Below are positions 55,611 through 64,000 of a DNA stretch of 64,000 nt, in pieces (the first letter of the stretch is position 1; every line of letters starts with the position of its first letter). The notes under the pieces were generated by a model. That model ran no database searches. It was not told the origin of the DNA and saw only the letters and a list, made by a program, of their open reading frames with translations. Position numbers and translations under genes: made by a program. Source of the DNA: a virus (Duplodnaviria > Caudoviricetes); IMG/VR virus record IMGVR_UViG_3300025435_000018, positions 1,691 through 65,690 of that record. The stretch is one strand, 5' to 3'.

Positions 55611-56347
55611 TAGTTGAAAGTGATTGTGATCACGTGCTCATAGTTTTTTCGAATAAGTCCCTTGTACATAAGGTTCTTGTGAACTACAAAATCTTCTGCT
55701 CCTACTGCTGCGCTAAAGTTAGCCAACTGTTTAAAGTACATGGTACGTCGATCAAACGCACCAAAACTCTGCATGGTATTATCTGTTTGGTCAATAGCAT
55801 AGATCATGCTGGTCCAATTTGCACGGTCTTTTTGGCTCCAAGCGTGGCTTTCCAAAAAGACCGTGCTGGCATCTCCGTCACGTACAATGCTAGGCTGACT
55901 GAACTCTCGCTCTTTGTAGTCTTGGTTTTTGTAGTCTCGTAATGTAGTTATCACATAGTCTGTGGCGAGGCTACAAATCTGTGCCACATTTTCTTTTTGT
56001 GCTTGGTCGCTGTCGGCGTAGGTAAAGTACTCGTCAACGGCTACAACTACTTCAAATTGCTTGCGATAGTTTAGCAATTCAATTTCGGGAATGTAACGAA
56101 ACTTAACGCCCTGTGCTCGCAGGTACTGCTGTACTTCTTCACTTACCGCGGTAATGGCGATTTCCTCTGGGAAACGTGCCAATACAAAACTGCTAAATCC
56201 CACAAACAGTACATTCGTGGGCGCAAGATTATAGTACTGCGCCAGACTATCTAAGATATCCTGCTTCTTGTTTACCACGTCTTGAGTTCGACTGTTGTTC
56301 TTGAGTGCCAACACATTGACATCACCTATAGTTGCAAATCCTGTCAT
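55610..56347 (-). CDS. hypothetical protein (possible degenerate methyltransferase fold)
   Basis: VLFVGF...FEVVVAVDEYFTY; TAAATA upstream. Confidence 0.65.
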   Translation of the reverse strand: MTGFATIGDVNVLALKNNSRTQDVVNKKQDILDSLAQYYNLAPTNVLFVGFSSFVLARFPEEIAITAVSEEVQQYLRAQGVKFRYIPEIELLNYRKQFEVVVAVDEYFTYADSDQAQKENVAQICSLATDYVITTLRDYKNQDYKEREFSQPSIVRDGDASTVFLESHAWSQKDRANWTSMIYAIDQTDNTMQSFGAFDRRTMYFKQLANFSAAVGAEDFVVHKNLMYKGLIRKNYEHVITITFN

Positions 56348-56370
56348 AATTCTTTCTTATTATGCTGTAT

Positions 56371-57285
56371 TTATTTGCTACGGTGTAAATCAAGTGTAAC
56401 ACAATGGAACCCGCCACCTAATGTGCGACTATGGCGTAGTTCCAGTGGAATAACAGTAAAACTAGATTGTTCAAGTTTTTTAATCAATTCAGTTTGATTT
56501 TTATCACAGATGACTGTGTGTGGATCAACTACCAACATGTTGAGTGCAATCCATTTACTGGCATAGGGATATTCGTGGAATCCTTGTGCTACTACATCGT
56601 CAACGTAGATCTTATCCCATTGATCAAATACTTGGGGACAATTTGTTTCATTTACTCGGGAACCATTTAGCATCACAAGTCCTTCTCGCAAAGGTACAAT
56701 GGTACTGTCAATATGCACTCCTGCGTAGAAGTTACAAAGTTCAATATTGACTGCGGGAAACTGTCTGCATAACCAATCATATGCCGCACGGTTACCACTT
56801 GCTGATTCAAGATATAACATGCTGTCACCAAGTCTGCAAACATTGGCCGCATCAAATACTAGCCCATCTTTACGAGGCATGTGATAAATGTGAGCAGCAT
56901 CTGGCAAGATATCCATATAACATTGATATTCCATGTCACGGCAAGGATACATCATAGCAGGGTCCACAATGGTATTGCCGTAAACTAGAAAGCGATCGCG
57001 TGGGCAATAGTTGTACATGCCATCGTGTACTTGGAAGTTCAATGAATCTGGGCGCACAACTTCTACACCTAGCTTGGCAAGTGTTTCGCATAGTATATGC
57101 AAATCTTCATTAGTTTCATCAATGATCCATTGAGGCACTGGACCTGATGGGAGTGGGGTTTCCTTCCACAATGTATTCTCTTCTTCTGCTCGAAAGACTT
57201 TATCTAACACTGGCCAATTGGCATGTGTAGCATCTCCTACCACAATTTTTTTAAGTGGGTCCCACTCGTTGTAACTTGAAATCAT
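56371..57285 (-). CDS. amidinotransferase (glycine/inosamine-phosphate amidinotransferase family)
   Basis: SYNEWDPL, CPRD, FDAAN, HIDST, GGGFHCVTLD (Asp-His-Cys triad). Confidence 0.92.
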   Translation of the reverse strand: MISSYNEWDPLKKIVVGDATHANWPVLDKVFRAEEENTLWKETPLPSGPVPQWIIDETNEDLHILCETLAKLGVEVVRPDSLNFQVHDGMYNYCPRDRFLVYGNTIVDPAMMYPCRDMEYQCYMDILPDAAHIYHMPRKDGLVFDAANVCRLGDSMLYLESASGNRAAYDWLCRQFPAVNIELCNFYAGVHIDSTIVPLREGLVMLNGSRVNETNCPQVFDQWDKIYVDDVVAQGFHEYPYASKWIALNMLVVDPHTVICDKNQTELIKKLEQSSFTVIPLELRHSRTLGGGFHCVTLDLHRSK

Positions 57286-57794
57286 ACATGTCCTGTTATT
57301 TGAAGTGTGTAACGCGGTGCAATACCAATATTGGCTGCTGCGTGTGGAGTATCATAACTCCATTCTAATACTGTGCCTGCTGTCCAGTTTACCATACCTA
57401 CACCATTAATCTCGCTGTAGTGTCCTGGTTGCCAGTCTTCTAAAAATATCACTGCACGACGAATAGTATCTTCACGTCCTTGCAAGTTATGTATTGTAAC
57501 ATATCTTGCATATAAGTCACTATGTGTTGGCAAAACTGTTCCAGTGTCCATGCGGTAATAACTGGTGCCAATATCCTTCCAGCCCAAGTCTTGATAAATT
57601 TTTACAAACTGATCATTCCAGCTAGGCTGTTGTGTACGCATGTCGGCCATGTAGCCAGTAAATTGATTGGTGTAGCCCATACTGGTCCAACGTTGGATAC
57701 TGGCAGAGTCATTGAACTCCTCTTGTGTATAAACCAACTGTCGGTATTCGTCGTCCCAAAATACTGGGATCTTATACCTGGCGTGTATTGCCAT
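57282..57794 (-). CDS. cupin / 2OG-Fe(II) oxygenase-like protein
   Basis: LPTHSD...PHAAAN.G..PRYTLQITG. Confidence 0.8.
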   Translation of the reverse strand: MAIHARYKIPVFWDDEYRQLVYTQEEFNDSASIQRWTSMGYTNQFTGYMADMRTQQPSWNDQFVKIYQDLGWKDIGTSYYRMDTGTVLPTHSDLYARYVTIHNLQGREDTIRRAVIFLEDWQPGHYSEINGVGMVNWTAGTVLEWSYDTPHAAANIGIAPRYTLQITGHV

Positions 57795-58998
57795 AGTGTA
57801 AGACCTTTATGCCTGCTGTGTCACGTGGATATGTGCGCCATGGATCAACAATGATACTGCCCGCTTCAAACTCACAATACTGTTGCTGTGCTTGATCCAC
57901 ACCCGCATAACCATAAGTTATTATGCGATTGTGTGCCAATAACACAACACCTTTAATACTTGCAGGAGTTGTTGCTTCTGTTAATGGATCAATGTATGTA
58001 GGCTCGTGTCCAAACTCAGTACAGTAGTGTCCAACCAACAAACTGTAGCTGCCTTCCAAATAGTCTACATCTGGTTTATAGGCCTTACCATGTATGTAGA
58101 TAGGCAGTTCGTACAGCTCGGCTTGTTCCACTAAAGCCAGTGCCATTAGTTTAGCCTGCTTTTCTCTGGCCCGCATGATAGCATCAAACAGATCATAGCC
58201 CAGTTCTAACTTCTCTGCCAAGAAGCGTAGAGCAATGTTGTCACGTGGGTGGCACGGGCCTGCATCTCCTAACCCCGCAGTCATATATTTAGGTCCCATG
58301 ATTCGCATACTTGATTTTGCAAGTGCGTTTGTCACAACATCAACGTTGATGTTTCCCTGCTTTATTGCAACGTCCTGGATCATGTTTACTAAACCGATCT
58401 TGGCGCTGATAAAGGTATTATAGAAGACCTTAATGCACTCTGCTTCATCCCATGTGCCAACTTCATAACGTGGATCGTTTTGCATCAAGCCACGATAGAA
58501 CTCAATCAGTTCTGCTGCATCTCCAGTTACGCTGCCATCTTCTGTGCCAATAATAACCATTTCAGGGTTGACCATGTCCCATTCAACTGAGCCCATGGCA
58601 ATTAGATAAGGATTGTAAATGAATCGGCCATTTGTAATCAGTGGGCGTAAGCGTTCACGAGTAGTGCCAGGCAATACTGTACTAATCAATACAACCAGCT
58701 GATTAGGCCTAACATAGGCATTGACCTGCTTGAGCACATTCTCAACAATGGTATAGTCAAAGTCCACGTTCTCAAGATGTGTAATGGGTTCAGCGCCACC
58801 GTACTTGGGATCATGTGGAGTTTGTACAGCGATAAAGATAATGTCTTGCCCAACAACTGCCTCACTCAGTGTATCAGCAATTTTAATTTTATCGCTATCT
58901 TTACGATAAATATCATATCCAGTAACAGAGTGCCGGGTAGCCATTACTTCGGCACAGGCCATTCCTAGTTTTCCAATTCCAATAAATCCTACATTCAT
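57772..58998 (-). CDS. UDP-glucose/GDP-mannose dehydrogenase family protein
   Basis: GIGKLG, AVQTP, STVLPGT, KVFYN, GPCHPRD. Confidence 0.92.
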   Translation of the reverse strand: MNVGFIGIGKLGMACAEVMATRHSVTGYDIYRKDSDKIKIADTLSEAVVGQDIIFIAVQTPHDPKYGGAEPITHLENVDFDYTIVENVLKQVNAYVRPNQLVVLISTVLPGTTRERLRPLITNGRFIYNPYLIAMGSVEWDMVNPEMVIIGTEDGSVTGDAAELIEFYRGLMQNDPRYEVGTWDEAECIKVFYNTFISAKIGLVNMIQDVAIKQGNINVDVVTNALAKSSMRIMGPKYMTAGLGDAGPCHPRDNIALRFLAEKLELGYDLFDAIMRAREKQAKLMALALVEQAELYELPIYIHGKAYKPDVDYLEGSYSLLVGHYCTEFGHEPTYIDPLTEATTPASIKGVVLLAHNRIITYGYAGVDQAQQQYCEFEAGSIIVDPWRTYPRDTAGIKVLHYGNTRQV

Positions 58999-59000
58999 TT

Positions 59001-60248
59001 ATGTTTTCCTTAGATAAATTTTATCAAATTCTGCATGACAATCTAATATCAAAATATAAAAATAGTCATACCTTTTATTTTACACCATTTGGTACTTACG
59101 ACGAATACATGTACGTTCAAAACAAACATGACCAACGTCTTCATACAGATATCGGTTCTTTTGCAGGTGCCAGTATCTGTTGTTACTTTCTTGATCAAGA
59201 ACCCTTATACGATTTTACTCCTATCATAGGCCCTGAGTCTGATTATCATGTTTTTCCAATACACGAAGCAGGGGCAAGGAAATTACGAATAATTGCTAAT
59301 AGCGAAATTTCCGATTTCAAGCAACAATGCCTCAAAGGTAATCCGTCACCATACGACTGGTACACAGAAACAAATTACGATTGGTATTATTTCTTTCACG
59401 GATTTGCTGCACTTGATTGGTATCGAAATTTTCAGTACGTAAGACCTGATTTGTTTGACGGTTTCAATAAAGTATTTATATGTTACAACAACCTTATATC
59501 AGAATTACGTAGCTACAGACTGCATCTGGTTAGTAATTTAATAAGTCAAGATCTAGTTAAACATGGACTGGTTAGTTTGCCCTTGCGTGACAAAAACGGC
59601 ACTTGGCAGGAAACCATTACTTCGGCAGATTGCCCATTGACCACACAGGCCAAGGTAAAAGTTTATCAGGTACTTAGACACCTTGAACATCCATTGATAA
59701 TTGATACTGACAAACCTCACGGAGCACTCAGTGCCGAAGTTGATCTTGATCAATTGACTAGTGCATTTTGGCACGTTGTAACTGAAACTGTCTATTTCCT
59801 TCCCAAGCTGCACCTTACTGAAAAAGTGTTTAAGCCTATTGTAGCACAAAGGCCTTTCATATTAGTAGCTGCTCCGGGCAACCTTGCCTACTTAAAAAGC
59901 TATGGGTTCAAGACCTTTGATCGTTGGATTGACGAAAGCTACGATACAGAAGAAGATCATTATGTACGCATAGAAAAGATCACTGCTGAAATAGAAAAGC
60001 TGTGTGCCCTAAGCAAAGGTGAACTAGATGACATGTATGCAGAAATGAAAGAAGTATTGGTCTACAACTACAATCACTTTTATGGCAAGTTCAAAGAAAT
60101 TATTGTTAACGAACTTGTTGACAACTTTGAAGGGGTGCTCATGCAGTTTAACAATGGACGACAGCCAAACAATCACAGCAAATATCATTTTAGATTTGAG
60201 CCCGACCACGAGTACCTGCAAGAGGTTAAACAGCGATTACTCAAATAA
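59001..60248 (+). CDS. putative glycosyltransferase-like protein (TEK..KPI family)
   Basis: VVTET...LTEKVFKPI...LKSYGFKTF..WIDESYD. Confidence 0.65.
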   Translation: MFSLDKFYQILHDNLISKYKNSHTFYFTPFGTYDEYMYVQNKHDQRLHTDIGSFAGASICCYFLDQEPLYDFTPIIGPESDYHVFPIHEAGARKLRIIANSEISDFKQQCLKGNPSPYDWYTETNYDWYYFFHGFAALDWYRNFQYVRPDLFDGFNKVFICYNNLISELRSYRLHLVSNLISQDLVKHGLVSLPLRDKNGTWQETITSADCPLTTQAKVKVYQVLRHLEHPLIIDTDKPHGALSAEVDLDQLTSAFWHVVTETVYFLPKLHLTEKVFKPIVAQRPFILVAAPGNLAYLKSYGFKTFDRWIDESYDTEEDHYVRIEKITAEIEKLCALSKGELDDMYAEMKEVLVYNYNHFYGKFKEIIVNELVDNFEGVLMQFNNGRQPNNHSKYHFRFEPDHEYLQEVKQRLLK

Positions 60249-60284
60249 ATACTGTGTCGATAACAATAATAACAGGAGACATCA

Positions 60285-60878
60285 ATGGCCTTATTCGATT
60301 CAGTATTAAACTTGGTTAACAAACAAGCCAAGGTACCTAAAGATGCAACTGCCTTTGACATTCAGGCACGTCAAGCAAGCGAAGCAAAGATGAAGGACCG
60401 TGCTGGTATGGTCATTTCAGTGTTTGCCTTAATACTAGCAGTTAATAGCTGGTATGGTAACAAGTTAAGTAGCCAAACACTCAATGACACTATTGCAGCC
60501 AATGACGTTTGGAGTTTTTATGAAGCCAAGAGTATCAAACAGATGTTGGCTGAACAAAATCTAGAAGCTGCTGTGGCACGTAAAGATACTGAACGTGTGG
60601 AAAAACTAGAGGCCAAAATTGCTCGCTATGAAAGCGAACCTGCCACAGGCGAAGGTAAACGAGAATTAATGGCCAAGGCACGTGCTCTTGAAGCAGAACG
60701 TGACAAGGCTAAAAAGCAAAGCCCTTGGATTGGTTTTGCTGGTACACTATATCAATTGAGCATTGTTGTACTGTCCGCCAGTATCCTTGCTGTTAGTATG
60801 AGCATGTTCTGGGGCAGCTTTTTTGTAGCCGGACTGGGCTTGTTGCTGTCAGCGCAAGGCGTGTTTTTGTTCTTTTAA
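60285..60878 (+). CDS. DUF4337-like membrane protein
   Basis: TM; ANDVWSFYEAKSIKQ; coiled coil; two C-terminal TMs. Confidence 0.75.
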   Translation: MALFDSVLNLVNKQAKVPKDATAFDIQARQASEAKMKDRAGMVISVFALILAVNSWYGNKLSSQTLNDTIAANDVWSFYEAKSIKQMLAEQNLEAAVARKDTERVEKLEAKIARYESEPATGEGKRELMAKARALEAERDKAKKQSPWIGFAGTLYQLSIVVLSASILAVSMSMFWGSFFVAGLGLLLSAQGVFLFF

Positions 60879-61588
60879 TCAGTATTGCGGATAATAATTT
60901 CCGCTTCAGGAATTCGGGTGTGCGTGTTTTTGCTACCAAGTAGCACTAGAATACGGCGCCCGACTTCCGTATCTAACATCATTACCAAACAACCTCCACT
61001 GGCTCGTATGTAGCCAGTTTTGCTGACTATAACGTGTTGATTGTATCCAATGATGGGATTGGTGTTGTGAAATACAAACCAGCGTTTCTTTACTCGAACT
61101 TTGGCTGTACTGGTATGTGCTGCGGCAGTAATGACGTCATAGTGACTTGCTGCCTGTACTAAATTGATCAGTTCATTTGCTGTGCTGACATTGAATACAC
61201 TGAGTCCGGTTGCTTCAATAAAGCGTGTATTGGTCATGTGTAGTTCTTGTGCTTTGGCATTCATTGCACGTACACAGCTATCTTTGCCACCGGGGTAGGC
61301 ATCACATAGTAAGGCAGCACTCTTGTTGTCGCTTTTGACTAGAGCCAATTGTATGTGCTCTTCTCTGGTATAACCGCCTATGCGTTCTTTAAGATCTTGA
61401 TGTGCATCCATGACAACCATGACAGTCATTAGTTTGCTAATACTGGCAATTGGTTGTACTTGATCTATGTTTTGGCTGTGTAGTACAGTGCCTGCTTCGT
61501 CTGCAACTAACCAACTAGTTGCTGTTATGTCACGGGCCGACACTGTGCTTGCTGCAAAGGCAAGCAACAGAATTAATTTGCGTATCAT
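60875..61588 (-). CDS. D-alanyl-D-alanine endo/carboxypeptidase (peptidase S11, PBP7-like)
   Basis: Signal peptide; SISK (SxxK), SDN, KTG. Confidence 0.92.
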   Translation of the reverse strand: MIRKLILLLAFAASTVSARDITATSWLVADEAGTVLHSQNIDQVQPIASISKLMTVMVVMDAHQDLKERIGGYTREEHIQLALVKSDNKSAALLCDAYPGGKDSCVRAMNAKAQELHMTNTRFIEATGLSVFNVSTANELINLVQAASHYDVITAAAHTSTAKVRVKKRWFVFHNTNPIIGYNQHVIVSKTGYIRASGGCLVMMLDTEVGRRILVLLGSKNTHTRIPEAEIIIRNTD

Positions 61589-61720
61589 GCTGTTAAGTAT
61601 TTTAACAGTAGTCGTACTTCGGGTTCAATCAAAGTGGAAAAACAAACACACCAAGCGGCTGCTGCACCAATGTAGAATACCCATTCCAATTTAGATAGTT
61701 TTAGTTGTTCTTGTTTCATG

Positions 61721-62416
61721 TTAGGCCTTTCTTGACGCCCACTGTTTGACCGCTGGATAATAGGTAGCAAACAATTGGTCACGCTTTTTGATTTCGTGCT
61801 GTGGTGCTGCACGTCCATTGATAGCTCTAGTAACTGTAGCAGTGTCAGCAAAGTTGCGAACACGCGGCTTGACATTCTTGTTCCAAAACCAAGTGGCAAT
61901 TTTGGCAGCTTCTTGTGGATCCGCTGCTCTGCTGGGATATTCTACATAGTAACTTTCGTCATTATGTACTCCGGCACCGGCTGCAATATAGTTGTTTTTA
62001 CCAGTCAGCTGTATGAAGCCACGGCCAGCATACTCAAGAGCATCATTTTGTCCAGCATTGCCTGTGCTGTGTGCGTATTTGTGTGCTAGTTTAGCAGGAC
62101 GACCTATCTCACCTAGGTGTGCAAAGTTGCCTGTTTCTGCGCTGCATTGTGCCAGGAACTGTGCTAGTTCTGTTGGCTCAGTCATGCCCGACTGTATGGC
62201 GTGTGCTGACAAGATACGGCGTGCTGTGTCAGGATCTACTTTAGGAGCCTGTACAACCTGTTGAACTTTTGTGCTGTGTGGATCTACTGCGGGCTTGGCA
62301 TGTGGGGCTGCTTTGGCCTGTGCCATGCCCGGAGCCACAGCAGCAGCACCTGCTGCACCAAGTGCTCCTAGGAATCCTCTACGTGATAAATCTTCTGTTA
62401 CTTCTTTAATGAGCAT
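61721..62416 (-). CDS. glycoside hydrolase family 19 (chitinase/lysozyme-type) with twin-arginine signal
   Basis: FLAQCSAETG, YAGRGFIQLTGKNNY, AING; SRRGFL + h-region + AQA. Confidence 0.9.
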   Translation of the reverse strand: MLIKEVTEDLSRRGFLGALGAAGAAAVAPGMAQAKAAPHAKPAVDPHSTKVQQVVQAPKVDPDTARRILSAHAIQSGMTEPTELAQFLAQCSAETGNFAHLGEIGRPAKLAHKYAHSTGNAGQNDALEYAGRGFIQLTGKNNYIAAGAGVHNDESYYVEYPSRAADPQEAAKIATWFWNKNVKPRVRNFADTATVTRAINGRAAPQHEIKKRDQLFATYYPAVKQWASRKA

Positions 62417-62423
62417 CTAGTAT

Positions 62424-63203
62424 TTAGCTGCGAAGCTGTTGGTTCCGAGCAACTGCTGCTGCCAGAACTGTAGTCTCTACACCTAAAAACCTGCTTAAAC
62501 TCAGCAATGCTGCTGTATCTTTAGGGAAACAAGCGCCGCCATAGCCCATCTGTCCATCAGGACCGGGTACTGCCCAATGTGTGTTGCCCAGTCTTGGATC
62601 AGTTTTTGCGATGGCTGCTACGCTGTCCCAATCAATATTCAACGCACGGCATACTGCATAGTATTCGTTATTGATCACAACCTTCATGGCCAACTGTGTA
62701 TTGGCCACATACTTGAACATGGCTGCTTCTGCTAGGCTACAGTATTCAATGTTAGGTAACAAAAAGTTGATGCGTTCTGTGTAGACAGCACGTAGTACGC
62801 TATCACGTAGTTCGGGCGCACATCCAATAACAATCTTAACAGGATTTAGATAGTCATTGACTGCGTTGGCTGCTGTTAGAAACTCAGGTACGTGTGCCAG
62901 TTTGAGATTGGCAAATCGGCGTTCAATTTCTGCATAGGCAGCGGGTGTTGCTGTGCTTTTACAGATGACCACACCCTCATAGTTGCCAAGGTTGAACAGT
63001 ACAGTGTTCAGTATGCTGGTATCGCACACACCATCGTTGCCCTGTGGTGTGGGTACACAGACAAATACTGCTTCGCACTGTGCTGTTATGTCAGCAATGC
63101 TGGCGCTGGGATGTGCAGGATCATTGATCATGATCTCGTCCTCGTGATAGGCTGCTGCTACTGCACGACCCACATAACCATATCCAATAATGCCTATTTT
63201 CAT
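62424..63203 (-). CDS. short UDP-glucose dehydrogenase-like protein (no C-terminal domain)
   Basis: GYGYVG, CVPTP, KST, PEFL, GYGGACFPKD; leaderless start MKIGI. Confidence 0.88.
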   Translation of the reverse strand: MKIGIIGYGYVGRAVAAAYHEDEIMINDPAHPSASIADITAQCEAVFVCVPTPQGNDGVCDTSILNTVLFNLGNYEGVVICKSTATPAAYAEIERRFANLKLAHVPEFLTAANAVNDYLNPVKIVIGCAPELRDSVLRAVYTERINFLLPNIEYCSLAEAAMFKYVANTQLAMKVVINNEYYAVCRALNIDWDSVAAIAKTDPRLGNTHWAVPGPDGQMGYGGACFPKDTAALLSLSRFLGVETTVLAAAVARNQQLRS

Positions 63204-63221
63204 ATCTCTATTATACACTCT

Positions 63222-64000
63222 TTAAACTAGGTTGTCACGGAATATTTCCCATGCTTTTTGCCAACTCCAACGTTGGCTTGCTGCTTCTACTGCTGTTCTA
63301 TCTAGTGCCAAGCACTTTTCAACTGCAACCGCTAGATCCTCTTCCATATATCCGGTAACACCTGGATCTACTACATCTAGTGGGCCCGGTGCAGGGTAGG
63401 CTGCTACCGGAGTACCGCAGGCCATGGCTTCAATCATAACAATGCCAAATGTTTCCCATACACTGGGAAATACAAACACATCGGCATTGGCATAATAGGT
63501 GGCAAGCTCTGTGCCCGTTTTGAATCCTACAAACTCTACATCAGGGTATCGTTCTTGATATTCTTCACGCATGGGTCCATCGCCTACCATAATCTTACGA
63601 CTATTAGGTATTTGTAATTCAAAGAACTGTTCAAGGTTCTTTTCTTTGCTGACACGACTGATACAAACCAACTGTCGTACACTATCTGTTCTGTTGCGTA
63701 GCGTGGGCTGGAATATGGTACGGTCAACACCACGTGTCCAAGGAATGATCTCACCTTCAAAGCCATTGTCGTACAGTTCTTTGACCATAGTGTCTGTGGT
63801 AGTCAACACTTTGCCTGCGTGTCGATGGAACCAGCGCACATAGGTCCAAGTTATAGCTTCGGGCACGCCTAATATCTTTTTTATCCCCTCAGGAAAACGG
63901 GTATGATAAGCAGTATTGTACCTCCGAGAATGTAGTGAAAAATACCTTCTAGCGTACAGACCGATAGGACCTTCTGTGGCGATATGGATATGATCCGGAT
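63222..64000 (-). CDS. GT4 glycosyltransferase (5' end beyond right edge)
   Basis: Frame open to 64000 (HIATEGPIG..YHTRFPE); EKN; ETFGIVMIEAMACGTPVAA. Confidence 0.93.
   Translation of the reverse strand, partial: PDHIHIATEGPIGLYARRYFSLHSRRYNTAYHTRFPEGIKKILGVPEAITWTYVRWFHRHAGKVLTTTDTMVKELYDNGFEGEIIPWTRGVDRTIFQPTLRNRTDSVRQLVCISRVSKEKNLEQFFELQIPNSRKIMVGDGPMREEYQERYPDVEFVGFKTGTELATYYANADVFVFPSVWETFGIVMIEAMACGTPVAAYPAPGPLDVVDPGVTGYMEEDLAVAVEKCLALDRTAVEAASQRWSWQKAWEIFRDNLV

Noticed and set aside
11-63843. Most plus-strand ORFs in the track
   Set aside because: They are antisense shadows of well-supported minus-strand genes with no motifs. Only 7887, 28941, 50215, 50559, 59001 and 60285 were accepted.
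1-64000. CRISPR array, DGR/retron or integrase-type element
   Set aside because: I saw no regularly spaced direct repeats and no cas, reverse transcriptase, integrase or transposase motifs. The repeats found are promoters, operators and terminators.
1-64000. Stop-codon reassignment, suggested by the many short ORFs
   Set aside because: Conserved enzymes (ligase, ClpP, FabF, UvsE) are full-length in code 11, all three stops end genes, and the short ORFs have their own SDs or start/stop overlaps.

Overview
This window is 64 kb of a large, probably jumbo, tailed dsDNA phage genome with T4-like regulatory logic. Coding is dense and almost all on the minus strand, in standard code 11. No capsid or terminase gene is in the window, so phage identity rests on gene content and regulatory motifs. 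Layout from left to right: a stand-alone DnaE (Pol III alpha) fragment; four late tail/baseplate genes; SOD, IF-1 and a sugar-nucleotide gene; and a long early region (about 9.6-37.5 kb and 44.7-49.3 kb) of small genes behind repeated sigma70 promoters, many of them leaderless. The early region holds about 17 paralogous mini-proteins ending in F-x-L-[KR]-W, an ACP-desaturase-ketosynthase operon, DNA ligase, bL12-domain, RMF-like and ArfA-like proteins, and ClpP. A circularly permuted two-piece tmRNA with a 33-aa tag lies at about 31.3-31.7 kb and is absent from the ORF track. A late block (37.6-43.8 kb) encodes enzymes with T4-like capsid-targeting N-termini. A phasin-like gene has a PhaR-type box in its promoter. 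The right end has UvsE and a modification island (radical SAM, amidinotransferase, cupin/2OG oxygenase, two UDP-glucose dehydrogenases, glycosyltransferases), followed by cell-wall enzymes. The host is probably a PHA-storing proteobacterium (inference). All family calls come from motifs read by eye; no database searches were run.
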